The position numbers were made by a program, and so were the translations under genes. The notes below the pieces were generated by a model, which had not been told where the DNA came from, made no database searches, and saw only the letters and a program-made list of their open reading frames with translations. From Escherichia coli (GTDB taxonomy: Bacteria; Pseudomonadota; Gammaproteobacteria; Enterobacterales; Enterobacteriaceae), in assembly GCF_009931435.1 (NCBI RefSeq), contig NZ_CP043414.1: 64,000 nt of DNA; one strand, given 5' to 3'. Positions 21,024-41,774 of the stretch are shown here, piece after piece (positions within the stretch are counted from its first letter, which is position 1; each line of letters starts with the position of its first letter).

Positions 21024-21974
21024 GTGAATTTCCAACAACTAAAGATAATCCGCGAGGCTGCACGTCAGGATTACAACCTGACAGAGGTTGCGAATATGCT
21101 TTTTACCTCACAGTCCGGCGTCAGCCGTCATATTCGGGAACTGGAGGATGAACTTGGCATCGAAATATTTGTTCGACGAGGTAAGCGACTGCTGGGCATG
21201 ACTGAACCGGGCAAAGCATTACTGGTCATTGCAGAACGTATTCTGAATGAAGCCAGTAATGTTCGTCGGCTTGCAGACCTGTTTACCAACGATACGTCTG
21301 GCGTTCTCACTATTGCAACAACGCATACTCAGGCACGTTATAGCTTGCCTGAGGTCATTAAAGCTTTTCGCGAACTTTTCCCGGAGGTTCGGCTGGAGCT
21401 AATCCAGGGTACGCCACAGGAAATTGCGACGTTGTTGCAAAATGGCGAAGCTGATATTGGTATCGCCAGCGAGCGTTTGAGTAATGACCCGCAGCTCGTC
21501 GCCTTCCCGTGGTTTCGTTGGCACCATAGTTTGCTTGTTCCACTCGATCATCCCTTGACGCAAATTACACCGTTGACGCTGGAATCAATAGCGAAGTGGC
21601 CGTTAATCACTTACCGACAGGGGATTACGGGGCGCTCACGTATTGATGACGCATTTGCCCGCAAAGGTTTGCCGGCAGATATTGTATTAAGTGCACAGGA
21701 TTCTGATGTCATTAAAACCTATGTTGCTCTTGGGCTTGGGATCGGATTAGTTGCCGAACAATCCAGCGGTGCACAAGAGGAAGAGAATTTAATCCGCCTG
21801 GATACGCGGCATCTTTTCGATGCTAATACTGTCTGGTTGGGACTGAAGCGAGGACAACTTCAGCGTAACTATGTCTGGCGCTTTCTGGAACTTTGTAATG
21901 CAGGACTGTCAGTTGAGGATATCAAGCGCCAGGTGATGGAAAACAGTGAAGAGGAAATTGATTATCAGATATAG
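21024..21974 (+). CDS. cbl: LysR-family regulator Cbl (cys regulon); GTG start inferred from homolog length (alternative ATG at 20991)
   Basis: VNFQQLKIIREAARQDYNLTEVANMLFTSQSGVSRHIRELE... Confidence 0.9.
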   Translation: MNFQQLKIIREAARQDYNLTEVANMLFTSQSGVSRHIRELEDELGIEIFVRRGKRLLGMTEPGKALLVIAERILNEASNVRRLADLFTNDTSGVLTIATTHTQARYSLPEVIKAFRELFPEVRLELIQGTPQEIATLLQNGEADIGIASERLSNDPQLVAFPWFRWHHSLLVPLDHPLTQITPLTLESIAKWPLITYRQGITGRSRIDDAFARKGLPADIVLSAQDSDVIKTYVALGLGIGLVAEQSSGAQEEENLIRLDTRHLFDANTVWLGLKRGQLQRNYVWRFLELCNAGLSVEDIKRQVMENSEEEIDYQI

Positions 21975-21975
21975 C

Positions 21976-22004
21976 AAAAAGCCCGCTATAAAAGCGGGCT
22001 TTTC
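21976..22004 (+). terminator. Rho-independent terminator after cbl
   Basis: gcccgc-tataaaa-gcgggc hairpin then TTTT. Confidence 0.7.
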
Positions 22005-22011
22005 AGAAATT

Positions 22012-22087
22012 TGGCTCCTCTGACTGGACTCGAACCAGTGACATACGGATTAACAGTCCGCCGTTCTACCGACTGAACTACAGAGGA
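22012..22087 (-). tRNA. asnU: tRNA-Asn (GUU)
   Basis: Exact tRNA-Asn sequence, reverse complement. Confidence 0.95.
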
Positions 22088-22247
22088 ATCGCTGTTGAGG
22101 CACATCTTAACGGCGAAAAATCTTTTGTCAAACCCGATTTTTAAATTCCCCAACTGTTTGCCGTTTCTATCAACAGTTTGTTGCATTTGCAGACAATTTG
22201 TTGGCGAAAATCTTTGCAGCTTTGCTGATTCTCCCTCATTATTTGAA

Positions 22248-22876
22248 ATGTGGTTTCACTTTCTGCAATTAAGGTCGGCTTTGAATATCTCCTCTGCTTT
22301 ACGTCAGGTTGTTCACGGCACTCGCTGGCACGCTAAACGCAAGAGCTACAAAGTGTTGTTCTGGCGCGAGATAACCCCGCTTGCTGTTCCTATCTTCATG
22401 GAGAATACCTGTGTCCTGTTGATGGGGGTTCTGAGCACTTTTCTGGTCAGCTGGCTGGGAAAAGATGCGATGGCCGGCGTGGGATTGGCGGACAGCTTCA
22501 ATATGGTCATTATGGCTTTTTTTGCTGCTATCGATCTTGGTACTACTGTCGTTGTGGCATTTAGTCTCGGTAAGCGGGATCGACGACGAGCGAGGGTGGC
22601 GACGCGGCAGTCATTGGTGATCATGACGTTGTTTGCCGTACTGTTGGCAACGCTTATTCATCATTTTGGCGAGCAAATTATTGATTTCGTCGCGGGTGAT
22701 GCCACGACAGAAGTTAAAGCACTGGCGTTGACTTATCTGGAGCTGACGGTACTCAGTTATCCAGCAGCTGCCATCACTCTAATTGGTAGCGGGGCACTTC
22801 GTGGTGCAGGGAATACGAAAATACCGCTACTGATTAACGGTAGCCTGAATATTCTTAATATTATTATTAGCGGCAT
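22248..22876 (+). pseudogene. yeeO: yeeO (MATE-family efflux transporter) 5' fragment, interrupted by IS1
   Basis: MWFHFLQLRSALNISSAL... through ...LNILNIIISG, then the reading frame runs into the IS1 terminus. Confidence 0.85.
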
Positions 22877-23313
22877 GGTAATGACTCCAACTTACTGATA
22901 GTGTTTTATGTTCAGATAATGCCCGATGACTTTGTCATGCAGCTCCACCGATTTTGAGAACGACAGTAACTTCCGTCCCAGCCTTGCCAGATGTTGTCTC
23001 AGATTCAGATTATGTCGCTCAATGCGCTGAGTGTAACGCTTGCTGATAACGTGCAGCTTTCCCTTCAGGCGTGATTCATACAGCGGCCAGCCATCCGTCA
23101 TCCATACCACGACCTCAAAGGCCGACAGCAGGCTCAGAAGACGCTCCAGTGTGGCCAGAGTGCGTTCACCGAAAACGTGCGCCACAACTGTCCTCCGTAT
23201 CCTGTCATACGCGTAAAACAGCCAGCGCTGACGTGATTTAGCACCGACGTAGCCCCACTGTTCGTCCATTTCAGCGCAGACAATCACATCACTGCCCGGT
23301 TGTATGCGCGAGG

Positions 23314-25576
<2,263 letters not shown>

Positions 25577-25603
25577 CTAAATCAGTAAGTTGGCAGCATT
25601 ACC

Positions 25604-26471
25604 TAGCGGCATATTGATTTACGGCCTTTTCTCCTGGCCGGGACTGGGATTTGTCGGGGCTGGGTTGGGTTTAACCATTTCTCGTTATATTGGCGCAGTT
25701 GCAATTTTGTGGGTGCTGGCGATTGGTTTTAATCCTGCGCTAAGGATTTCGTTAAAGAGCTATTTTAAACCGCTGAATTTTAGCATTATCTGGGAAGTCA
25801 TGGGGATTGGTATTCCAGCGAGTGTCGAATCAGTGTTATTTACCAGTGGTCGGTTATTAACCCAAATGTTCGTTGCCGGGATGGGGACCAGTGTTATTGC
25901 CGGAAATTTTATCGCGTTTTCAATTGCGGCTCTTATCAACTTACCCGGAAGTGCGCTCGGCTCTGCTTCTACGATCATTACAGGCCGAAGGTTGGGGGTA
26001 GGGCAGATAGCGCAAGCAGAGATTCAGTTGCGGCATGTGTTCTGGCTGTCCACTCTTGGATTAACGGCCATCGCCTGGCTAACGGCTCCCTTTGCCGGGC
26101 TTATGGCATCGTTTTACACCCAGGATCCACAGGTTAAACATGTCGTTGTGATTCTGATTTGGCTAAATGCTTTATTTATGCCTATTTGGTCCGCCTCATG
26201 GGTGCTACCCGCTGGATTTAAAGGTGCTCGTGATGCCCGTTACGCCATGTGGGTTTCGATGTTGAGCATGTGGGGTTGTCGGGTTGTAGTCGGTTATGTG
26301 CTGGGAATCATGCTTGGCTGGGGTGTGGTTGGTGTCTGGATGGGAATGTTTGCCGACTGGGCTGTGCGGGCCGTGCTGTTTTACTGGCGAATGGTTACTG
26401 GACGTTGGCTATGGAAATACCCTCGACCCGAGCCGCAAAAGTGTGAAAAAAAGCCAGTTGTGTCGGAATAA
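25604..26471 (+). pseudogene. yeeO: yeeO 3' fragment (continues in frame after the IS1 duplication)
   Basis: SGILIYGLFSWPGLGFVGAGL... to stop at 26471. Confidence 0.85.
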
Positions 26472-26524
26472 ACGACAAAATGCAGATTATTTCAGCAAAC
26501 GATTTCAAATTTAAAAAACAGGCT

Positions 26525-26553
26525 TTGACATTGTGGGTGGGCATCGCTAATAT
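26525..26553 (+). promoter_or_regulatory. Probable sigma70 promoter of asnW
   Basis: TTGACA (26525-26530), 17 nt spacer, TAATAT (26548-26553), GC-rich discriminator, about 19 nt before the mature tRNA 5' end. Confidence 0.6.
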
Positions 26554-26571
26554 TCGCCTCGTTCTCACGAT

Positions 26572-26647
26572 TCCTCTGTAGTTCAGTCGGTAGAACGGCG
26601 GACTGTTAATCCGTATGTCACTGGTTCGAGTCCAGTCAGAGGAGCCA
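26572..26647 (+). tRNA. asnW: tRNA-Asn (GUU)
   Basis: Exact tRNA-Asn sequence. Confidence 0.95.
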
Positions 26648-27099
26648 AATTTTAGTTTTGAGACATCTCTATGAGTCTCAAAACAGTTAAAAAATAAAAA
26701 TTATTTTTACCCGGTTACCTTGTAAAAAAGTGACCGGGTTTTTTGATTTCTGTGTTTCGTGCGCTTAATCGAGTCTCACGCTTCAGTGAGCAAGTTGCCC
26801 CCCAACAGACATCACGATTCGCAAGGTCAAAAACTCTGTTCCATGAAGTACCGTACAAAGATAAAGAGAAAAATGCCTTATGCGGGATGTCGCTATCGCG
26901 TCTTTATCGGGAAACTATGCGTTATTGCCACTTTGCCTTCTGTAATCAGAAAAAGAAGAACTGGAATTTTAATAAATATTATTTCTCTGGGGACGGGGAT
27001 TTTTTATAATCAATATGACGAGTTGAACATTATATTTTTTATAAGGGTTATATGAGATTAAAGAAATCTGCCGTAAAGACAGATTTCTTTAAAATATAA

Positions 27100-27816
27100 T
27101 TAGAGATTTGCGACGTTATGATAAACTTTTTGTACATCGTCGTCATCTTCAAGGGCATCAACAAGCCCTTCAAAGATTTCTAAATCTTCTGGGGAAAGCT
27201 CAACTTCAGATTGAGCAATCATTTCTAATTCTGTTGTTGAGAACTCAGTGATTCCAGCTGCTTTTAGAGCCGCGATTCCTTTATGAAGGTCAGTAGGTTC
27301 GGTATAAATAACAATGTTACCTTCTTCTTCAGTCACATCACGAACATCAACTTCAGCTTCAAGTAAAATTTCAAAAATATGGTCAGGGTCTGATCCTTTA
27401 AATACAATCACACCCGTATTGTCAAACATATAGCTGACAGAACCTGCCGCTCCGATATTGCCGCCTTTTTTATTGAAAATTGTGCGAACGTTAGCAATCG
27501 TACGGTTAACATTTGAAGTCAATGTCTCGGCGATAATCATTGAGCCATTAGGACCAAAGCCTTCATAACGTCCCTGCACGAACGTTTCATCTCCGCCGCC
27601 TTTGGCTTTATCAATTGCTTTATCAATAACGTGCTTTGGAACTTGTGCCTGCTTTGCACGTTCAATAACGAATTTTAAAGATGTGTTTAATTCTGGATCG
27701 GGTTCACCTTGTTTAGCAGCAGCATAGATTTCTACACCGAATTTTGCATAAATTTTAGACGTTGCACCGTCTTTAGCCGTTTTTTTAGCAACAATATTGG
27801 CCCATTTACGTCCCAC
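27100..27816 (-). CDS. yeeN: YebC/PmpR-family transcriptional regulator
   Basis: 238 aa, [27 protein letters not shown]... Confidence 0.9.
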   Translation of the reverse strand: MGRKWANIVAKKTAKDGATSKIYAKFGVEIYAAAKQGEPDPELNTSLKFVIERAKQAQVPKHVIDKAIDKAKGGGDETFVQGRYEGFGPNGSMIIAETLTSNVNRTIANVRTIFNKKGGNIGAAGSVSYMFDNTGVIVFKGSDPDHIFEILLEAEVDVRDVTEEEGNIVIYTEPTDLHKGIAALKAAGITEFSTTELEMIAQSEVELSPEDLEIFEGLVDALEDDDDVQKVYHNVANL

Positions 27817-28158
27817 TGGAATGATCTCCTCGAAAATTTATTTACATTACTGGTAAATCGTTAACATGTGTTAATTCGGCATATTATATCATAACAGGAA
27901 AAATCTCGTCTATTAGGAATAAAAATATTCTAAAGCCATAATCTTATATTTAATTTTATAAAAACTTATATTGTTGGCGGGATTTTTTATAATTGTGTTT
28001 TGAAAGCATACTTGCTTTTAATATGTGGAAATCATTAAGACGATAATAAAACACGTATCCGCCCAAGGAAGCAAACAGCCCACGATTATTGCAGGCTATT
28101 TGCCAGGTCTCTTACTTACTCCTTCACATCTATTTCTGATAAGAAGGTTCAGAACTTA

Positions 28159-29613
28159 TTATCGGAACGGCGGCTCATTAAAGGTTCGTAATTTACGCGA
28201 ATGCAGTCGGTCGCCTTCTGCGCGCAGCAAATCGATCGCCCGAATGCCAATTTGCAGATGTTCGGAAATAGCGCCTTCATAAAAACGGTTAGCCTGGCCG
28301 GGAAGTTTAATCTCGCCATGCAACGGTTTATCTGAAACACACAGTAGTGTCCCGTATGGCACGCGGAAACGATATCCTTGCGCGGCAATGGTTGCACTTT
28401 CCATATCAATTGCTACGGCCCGGCTTAAGTTAAAACGAAGTGCAGAAGCTGAGTAACGTAATTCCCAGTTCCTGTCATCTGTGGTTACCACAGTACCAGT
28501 ACGTAGCCGCTGTTTGACTTCCTCACCGGGCCTGCCGCTCACCAGCTTGGTGGCGTCATAAAGCGCACGTTGCACTTCAGCAATGCTCGGAATAGGAATA
28601 TCGGGCGGCAGAACCGCATCAAGAACGTGGTCATCGCGTAAATAAGCGTGTGCAAGTACATAATCGCCAATGGCCTGACTTTCACGTAATCCGCCACAGT
28701 GACCAATCATCAACCAGACATCCGGGCGTAGCACTGCCAGATGATCGCAGATGGTTTTAGCATTTGACGGTCCCACGCCAATATTCACCAGAGTAATACC
28801 CTGACCATTGGCGGTAATTAAATGCCATGCTGGCATCTGATGTTTTTTCCATGCAAGGTCGGAAATGGCTTCTTCTGGCGCTTCGGTTTCGGCGGTGATC
28901 CAGTTCCCGCCAGCACAAGAAAGGGCAATGTAGGGACTATCAGGATCGAGGATCTGGCTGCATCCCCAACGAACGAATTCATCCACATAACGTGTGTAGT
29001 TGGTAAACAAGACGAACGGCTGAAAATGTTCAACTGGCGTACCGGTATAATGGCGCAACCGCGCGAGGGAAAAATCGACGCGGCGCGCATCAAAATGCGA
29101 TAGCGGGGAGAATTCAGTTGGATGATAAATGCCGTCTGCAGTTTCATCGCCAATTTGCGCCAGTTCTGTTGTCGGGAAGTAGCGAGTTAACCCAGCGCTC
29201 ATTGAGCGATCAAGTGTCAATTCAGAGCCATCGATGACATAAGGATAGGGGATTTCATGCTGCGAGGGTTGCACCGAGATATGCGCACCATAATCCTGAT
29301 ACAGCAACGTAAGTTGTTCATTGAGATACGAACGAAAGAGAGTAGGGCGAGTAATCGTGGTGGTGTAGCTGCCTGCGTGAGTAAAACGACCAAATGCGCG
29401 CGTTTTGGGGGGATTGGTTGTGCTACCGTCCCAGGTTACGGTCAGTGATGGATAGACAAAAAGACCTTGTTTGCGGGCGTTTTCATCAGGTAATTCGCCA
29501 CTTGTAATATAGTTGCCAATGGCGTTGCGTAATGCGACTACAGATTGCTCATACAGCGCGTCGAGTTTATCCAGTGCCTGAGCTGGGGTCAGACCGGAGC
29601 CCTTATTATTCAT
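28159..29613 (-). CDS. amn: AMP nucleosidase
   Basis: 484 aa from MNNKGSGLTPAQALDKLDALYEQ...; ORF-track start at 29769 is an upstream over-extension. Confidence 0.9.
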   Translation of the reverse strand: MNNKGSGLTPAQALDKLDALYEQSVVALRNAIGNYITSGELPDENARKQGLFVYPSLTVTWDGSTTNPPKTRAFGRFTHAGSYTTTITRPTLFRSYLNEQLTLLYQDYGAHISVQPSQHEIPYPYVIDGSELTLDRSMSAGLTRYFPTTELAQIGDETADGIYHPTEFSPLSHFDARRVDFSLARLRHYTGTPVEHFQPFVLFTNYTRYVDEFVRWGCSQILDPDSPYIALSCAGGNWITAETEAPEEAISDLAWKKHQMPAWHLITANGQGITLVNIGVGPSNAKTICDHLAVLRPDVWLMIGHCGGLRESQAIGDYVLAHAYLRDDHVLDAVLPPDIPIPSIAEVQRALYDATKLVSGRPGEEVKQRLRTGTVVTTDDRNWELRYSASALRFNLSRAVAIDMESATIAAQGYRFRVPYGTLLCVSDKPLHGEIKLPGQANRFYEGAISEHLQIGIRAIDLLRAEGDRLHSRKLRTFNEPPFR

Positions 29614-29714
29614 GTGTGTCTCCTGTTCCATACAATTACCGCACATCCGATAGTATGTCACAGGAATGTGAAACAAAAGTGTAAGGCGAAGATCGGATGA
29701 TCTTCGCCAGGCTA

Positions 29715-31031
29715 TCAAGCGCGGTGATTGTCTTTCATCAACAAAGCGGTCATTGCGGAAATCAGACATCCAGCCAGCAAATAAATGGCGACGCTATGCC
29801 AGTTCCCGGCAAAGTAAGTGATGAGCGCAGCGGCAATAAAAGGTGTAAATCCACCGCCAACCACACTGGCGACCTGATAACCGACTCCAGCACCACTATA
29901 GCGATAACTGGCACCAAACATTTCGGTAAACATCGGTTGTTGCACACACACCACCATGTCATGCGCAATGTTTGCCAGCATTATGGAGAAGAAAACTATC
30001 CAGAAAATAGATTGTGCTTCAAGCGCCATAAAGAAAGGAAATGCGCTCAACGTTCCGATTAACGCACCTGTGATATAAACCCTGCGGCGACCAAAACGAT
30101 CGGCAAGCCAGGCAAAACAGGGAATTGTCAGGCAGCTTAATCCACCTACCAGCAAACCAATATTGAGGAAAAGTTCGCGCGGTAACCCCATATTCTGGGT
30201 TGAATAATTAAGTGCAAAGGCAGTAACGATGTACATCGTCAGCAATTCGCACAGTCGTAGCGCAATAATCTTCAGGAAAGCACCGGGATGTCGTAACAGC
30301 GCTTCGATAACCGGGATGCGTTTTTTCGCGGCAGCTTGATAATGTTGCTGTTGTTCAAATTCCGCGGACTCCTCCATGCCATTGCGCACCCACAATGCTC
30401 CCAGTACCAGTACGATGCTAAACAGGAAAGGAATGCGCCAGCCCCAGCTTAAAAACTGTTCGTCAGTCGTCATCATACTGATCAATGAAACCAGTCCGGT
30501 TGAAAGCAGTAAACCTACACCGTAGCCAACTTGTACACCGCTACTGTAAAAGGCTTTTTTATTTTTCGGTGCACTTTCAACGGAAAGCAACGCCGCGCCT
30601 CCCCATTCGCCGCCGACGGCAAATCCCTGAATGGCACGCAGTGTCACCAGCAAAATAGGTGCCCACCACCCAATGGTCGAGAATGAAGGAAGAATACCAA
30701 TCAAGGCTGTCGCGATGCCCATCATCCAGACGGTCAGCATTAACATGCGCTTACGTCCCAGTCGGTCGCCAAAGTGACCGAAAATGACACCGCCGAGCGG
30801 ACGGAAAAGAAATCCGACGCCAAAGGTAGCAAATGCGGCGAGCGTTCCCATCGCCGGGCTTACTTGCGGGAAAAACTCGCGATTAAACACCAGTGCGGCG
30901 GTGATGCCATAGAGTAAAAAATCATACCAGTCGACGACGGCACCAGCGAAGCTGCCTAACGCAGCTCGTCGGGCGCGACTTAACGAAAGCGTCCCTTCAT
31001 CGGGACGAGTGGAGATGAGCGTGGAGTCCAT
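29715..31031 (-). CDS. shiA: Shikimate transporter (MFS)
   Basis: 438 aa, MDSTLISTRPDEGTLSLSRARRAALGSFAG... Confidence 0.9.
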   Translation of the reverse strand: MDSTLISTRPDEGTLSLSRARRAALGSFAGAVVDWYDFLLYGITAALVFNREFFPQVSPAMGTLAAFATFGVGFLFRPLGGVIFGHFGDRLGRKRMLMLTVWMMGIATALIGILPSFSTIGWWAPILLVTLRAIQGFAVGGEWGGAALLSVESAPKNKKAFYSSGVQVGYGVGLLLSTGLVSLISMMTTDEQFLSWGWRIPFLFSIVLVLGALWVRNGMEESAEFEQQQHYQAAAKKRIPVIEALLRHPGAFLKIIALRLCELLTMYIVTAFALNYSTQNMGLPRELFLNIGLLVGGLSCLTIPCFAWLADRFGRRRVYITGALIGTLSAFPFFMALEAQSIFWIVFFSIMLANIAHDMVVCVQQPMFTEMFGASYRYSGAGVGYQVASVVGGGFTPFIAAALITYFAGNWHSVAIYLLAGCLISAMTALLMKDNHRA

Positions 31032-31345
31032 AATGATCCTGTTTGTACTGTCTTTTTATAATTAGTATGGAAAAGGTAACTCACATTGCCGTCGATCTAT
31101 AAACGAACCTTATGAGACTACCTCGACAGAGCGCATCTGCAAATGATTTTATGGCTGATTAGCGGCAACATGAAAAATTCGATGGAAGATGAAAGCGCAG
31201 GAGTTGCTGGTGTTGTTTAAGGATTAAGCAGAGGACCCACAGGTTAGAGATATGAAACATAAAAGTCCGCATATGCACAAAATGGCACCCTGATGAGTCT
31301 GATAGACTGCATTGCATTATAACCAGTAGGGAGGCGAGGTTAGGT

Positions 31346-32398
31346 ATGTTTTTAGCATCATTGTTGAGACGTATTGCATTTAGTTACTACGATTATAAAG
31401 CTTATAATTTCAATATTGAAAAAACAGACTTTGTTGTCATCCATATTCCCGATCAGATTGGCGATGCTATGGCCATCTTTCCTGTTATTCGGGCGCTTGA
31501 ATTGCATAAAATTAAGCATCTATTAATTGTTACGTCGACAATTAATTTAGAAGTCTTTAATGTGCTCAAACTTGAACAGACTAAATTAACATTAGTCACA
31601 ATGACTATGCAGGATCACGCAACATTAAAAGAAATAAAAGATTTAGCGAAGAACATAACACAGCAATACGGTACGCCGGATCTTTGTATAGAGGCGATGC
31701 GTAAAAAGAACCTGAAAACGATGTTATTTATCAGTCAGTTGAAAGCAAAAACGAATTTTCAGGTTGTTGGTTTAACCATGAAGTGCTATTCCCCTGTGTG
31801 TAAGAACGCGTCCCGGATGGATCAGAATCTCCGGGCTCCCGTACCCATGACATGGGCATTTATGATTCGTGAGGCGGGTTTTCCAGCAGTCAGGCCAATA
31901 TATGAATTGCCACTAAGTGAGGATGTACTCGATGAGGTGCGCGAGGAAATGCGATCGTTAGGATCTTACATTGCGCTTAATTTAGAAGGTAGCTCGCAGG
32001 AACGTACATTTTCACTATCGATTGCAGAAAATCTAATAGCAAAAATTCAAAGTGAAACAGATATACCAATAGTGATCGCTCATGGACCAAAAGGGGAAGA
32101 TAAAGCCAGGGTATTAGTGGATTGTTATAATAATGTCTACCGTTTATCCTTATCACCCTCGATTAAACGTTCAGCAGCAATCATAAAAGATGCTTATATC
32201 GCAATAACTCATGACACTTCAATATTACATATGGCAAGTGCCTATAATACCCCCGTTGTTGCAATTTATGCTGATTACAAAACGCGATGGCCCGCAATGG
32301 CCGATGTTTCGGAGTCAGTCGTCGTTGGGCAAAAAATTGACAATATAAGTCTGGATGAATTCGCAAAGGCATTAAAAAGTGTTTTGGCGAGAATATGA
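31346..32398 (+). CDS. yeeL: Glycosyltransferase family 9 (heptosyltransferase-like) protein, intact 350 aa ORF
   Basis: Position between shiA and yeeJ; GT9-like C-terminal region (ITHDTSILHMASAYNTPVVAIY). Confidence 0.7.
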   Translation: MFLASLLRRIAFSYYDYKAYNFNIEKTDFVVIHIPDQIGDAMAIFPVIRALELHKIKHLLIVTSTINLEVFNVLKLEQTKLTLVTMTMQDHATLKEIKDLAKNITQQYGTPDLCIEAMRKKNLKTMLFISQLKAKTNFQVVGLTMKCYSPVCKNASRMDQNLRAPVPMTWAFMIREAGFPAVRPIYELPLSEDVLDEVREEMRSLGSYIALNLEGSSQERTFSLSIAENLIAKIQSETDIPIVIAHGPKGEDKARVLVDCYNNVYRLSLSPSIKRSAAIIKDAYIAITHDTSILHMASAYNTPVVAIYADYKTRWPAMADVSESVVVGQKIDNISLDEFAKALKSVLARI

Positions 32399-32659
32399 GA
32401 CAGTACTTATGCATAGTAATGCCGATCTGTTATGAACGGTGGTGTCATCAATACTCTGAGGCTGGTCAATCATCACAGAAAACCAGCCTTTAGATCAAAG
32501 CAGTACTCACCGAAAATGATCATAGTCACATCGAACGCGATTCTGGCGGTGCCGCATTTTTATTTATTCATTTTCTGTGAGAGAAGGGCTAGTTCTGTAG
32601 AGGGAATGTAAAAAAGAGTGCCCCGAATGGAACACTCTTTAAGAAATTATAACGGAAAA

Positions 32660-39736
<7,077 letters not shown>

Positions 39737-40048
39737 GCTTACCTTCCCTGAACGAGCTAACATAAATGCGCCCTTTCTAGCACAGCGAAAAAATGTAAAT
39801 ACTGATAGCAATATGATTGAAAATTAATAACTTTTCGTTAGGCAGTTTTGGGTGTGAGTTGCAAGAGGGGAGACTACTGAATAACTCAAGTTTTATAATC
39901 GAGGGGAAAATGGTGATGGCGTTCATAGCAAAACGCCCTCAACCATAAAGGTCGAGGGCGCTTAAGATGTTAAAAACCCGCTATCCGTTAAAAAACAATG
40001 TTCAACTAAGGTCAGTGACATTGCGCTAAAAAGCGAATTTTTAGAATT

Positions 40049-40124
40049 TGGCTCCTCTGACTGGACTCGAACCAGTGACATACGGATTAACAGTCCGCCG
40101 TTCTACCGACTGAACTACAGAGGA
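40049..40124 (-). tRNA. asnT: tRNA-Asn (GUU)
   Basis: Exact tRNA-Asn sequence, reverse complement. Confidence 0.95.
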
Positions 40125-40224
40125 ATCGTGTGAACGGGGCGCATATTACTTAGCGGTACCTTGTCTGTCAACACTAAATTTCATAAGTCATTTCAATTGG
40201 TTAATTAATCTGCAAAGTTGTTAA

Positions 40225-41022
40225 TTAATGAACATTCGTCGCCGAAAACGAGTCTGTATCATTAGCGTGATGCAGTCTCTGCAAAGGATCTTGTTGATAA
40301 AATTGGCAGAAACGTTGCCACAATGAAGGGAAACGAGGAGCAAAAAGTTCTGGGGCGCTAAAGAAATATTCAGAAAGTACGGCAAAACATTCAGCAGGAT
40401 CGCTGGCTGCATAAGCATCAATGCTCGCCGCATTCTCGCCAACCAATTCGATTTCTTCCTGAATGTTGTTCATTGCAGCATGAAGATCGTGTTCCCAGCC
40501 AGCAACCTCACGCAACGGAATAAAGGGAACTCCGCTGGCGCGATCGCCGTTACGGGTGTCCAGCTTATGAGCGACTTCATGAATAATCAGGTTAAAACCA
40601 GAAGCATCAAAAGAATCTTGTATATCCAACCAGTTCAAAACGATAGGCCCTTGCTGCCAGCTCTGACCTGACTGAACAATACGTTGGTTATGCACCAGAC
40701 CGATATCGTCTTCCCATTCATCATCGACCACAAATGGCGCAGGATAAATTAAGACTTCATGAAAACCATCCAGCCATTCCAGTCCTAACTCCAGAACGGG
40801 TAGGCAAAATAGAAGTGCTATCCGGCAGCTTCTTAATGAATCCAGTTCAAAGCCCTGTAAAGGAACAAGCCGCTTTTGCTGTAAAAAACGTTCGGCAAGA
40901 GTGACTAATTTGCTTTGTTCCTGTTCCGTCAGACACGTTAAAAGGGGGATCGATAGTGCTTCCTGCCAGGGAAGGGCAGTTTGATGTGCTGATTCTTGTA
41001 CTTTCCAGGGCCACTTAATCAT
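40225..41022 (-). CDS. mtfA: Mlc titration factor A (DgsA anti-repressor)
   Basis: 265 aa from [20 protein letters not shown]...; HEVAH zinc-peptidase motif. Confidence 0.9.
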   Translation of the reverse strand: MIKWPWKVQESAHQTALPWQEALSIPLLTCLTEQEQSKLVTLAERFLQQKRLVPLQGFELDSLRSCRIALLFCLPVLELGLEWLDGFHEVLIYPAPFVVDDEWEDDIGLVHNQRIVQSGQSWQQGPIVLNWLDIQDSFDASGFNLIIHEVAHKLDTRNGDRASGVPFIPLREVAGWEHDLHAAMNNIQEEIELVGENAASIDAYAASDPAECFAVLSEYFFSAPELFAPRFPSLWQRFCQFYQQDPLQRLHHANDTDSFSATNVH

Positions 41023-41115
41023 CGTTTTGCTCGCAAACTCGTCACTTGAACAAAATTGCACGGACAGGGACTGTTAAAATGCCAAATTTCCTGGCATCAT
41101 GGCAACCATCTGAAC

Positions 41116-41205
41116 GGAGAGATGCCGGAGCGGCTGAACGGACCGGTCTCGAAAACCGGAGTAGGGGCAACTCTACCGGGGGTTCAAATCCCCCTCTCTC
41201 CGCCA
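41116..41205 (+). tRNA. serU: tRNA-Ser (CGA)
   Basis: 90 nt ggagagatgccggagcggctgaacggaccggtctcgaaaaccgg...cgcca with long variable arm. Confidence 0.9.
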
Positions 41206-41774
41206 CTTTATCAATGACTTATCTCCCGACTTCCCGCCTTGCTTTTCCTAAACAGAACAATCGTAGAATATTCTTGAAGGGTTAGATCGTCACTGTTTTC
41301 TGTTCGATACTGTGACATTCAGCACTTGATTCGCTATGGATCTGACAGGAAGCTTTCGAGCGAAAATGTGCAGTTATTCAGTCGTTTTCTTATCGCTCAC
41401 CATTATTCTTTTAGACATTCATCCTATGAAACTGCCGCAAAGTTGGTGGTGGGAACTGAAGTTGCGTAGAGAAGGGTTCAATAATTGAGTCAAAAAAGGA
41501 ACGCGGCCGTCAGATTAAAGCCGCGGGACAAAGTCCATAATTTCCAAGAGTTGTTGAATTTCCCAGCTTTTTTGAAAGCCTTTGTATCATACTAACAAGT
41601 AAAAAAGGTTTAAATACCAAAATTAACCTGTATTTTTGATAAGTCTTACCATTGTACGATTTACACAGTTTCTGCTCCTCCTTGTTGATAGTGGAAAGGG
41701 TGCATTGTGCACTTGCGTAAACATTTATGACGCGTTGATGTCCATGGTTCACATTTCCTTGTCAGGGGATCGAC

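Noticed and set aside
22095-22247. Longer yeeO start at 22095, only 8 nt from asnU
   Set aside because: Unlikely start given the abutting tRNA gene; the MWFHF start at 22248 was used, but the true start was not verified.
29613-29769. N-terminal extensions in the ORF track (amn from 29769; also hprR from 45739, mtfA from 41061, yeeJ from 39811, nac from 19975, alpA from 8089, yeeP from 4126)
   Set aside because: Homolog lengths and ribosome-binding-site positions favour the internal starts used in the feature table.
41046-41285. 79 aa ORF overlapping serU
   Set aside because: Overlaps the tRNA-Ser gene on the same strand; spurious.
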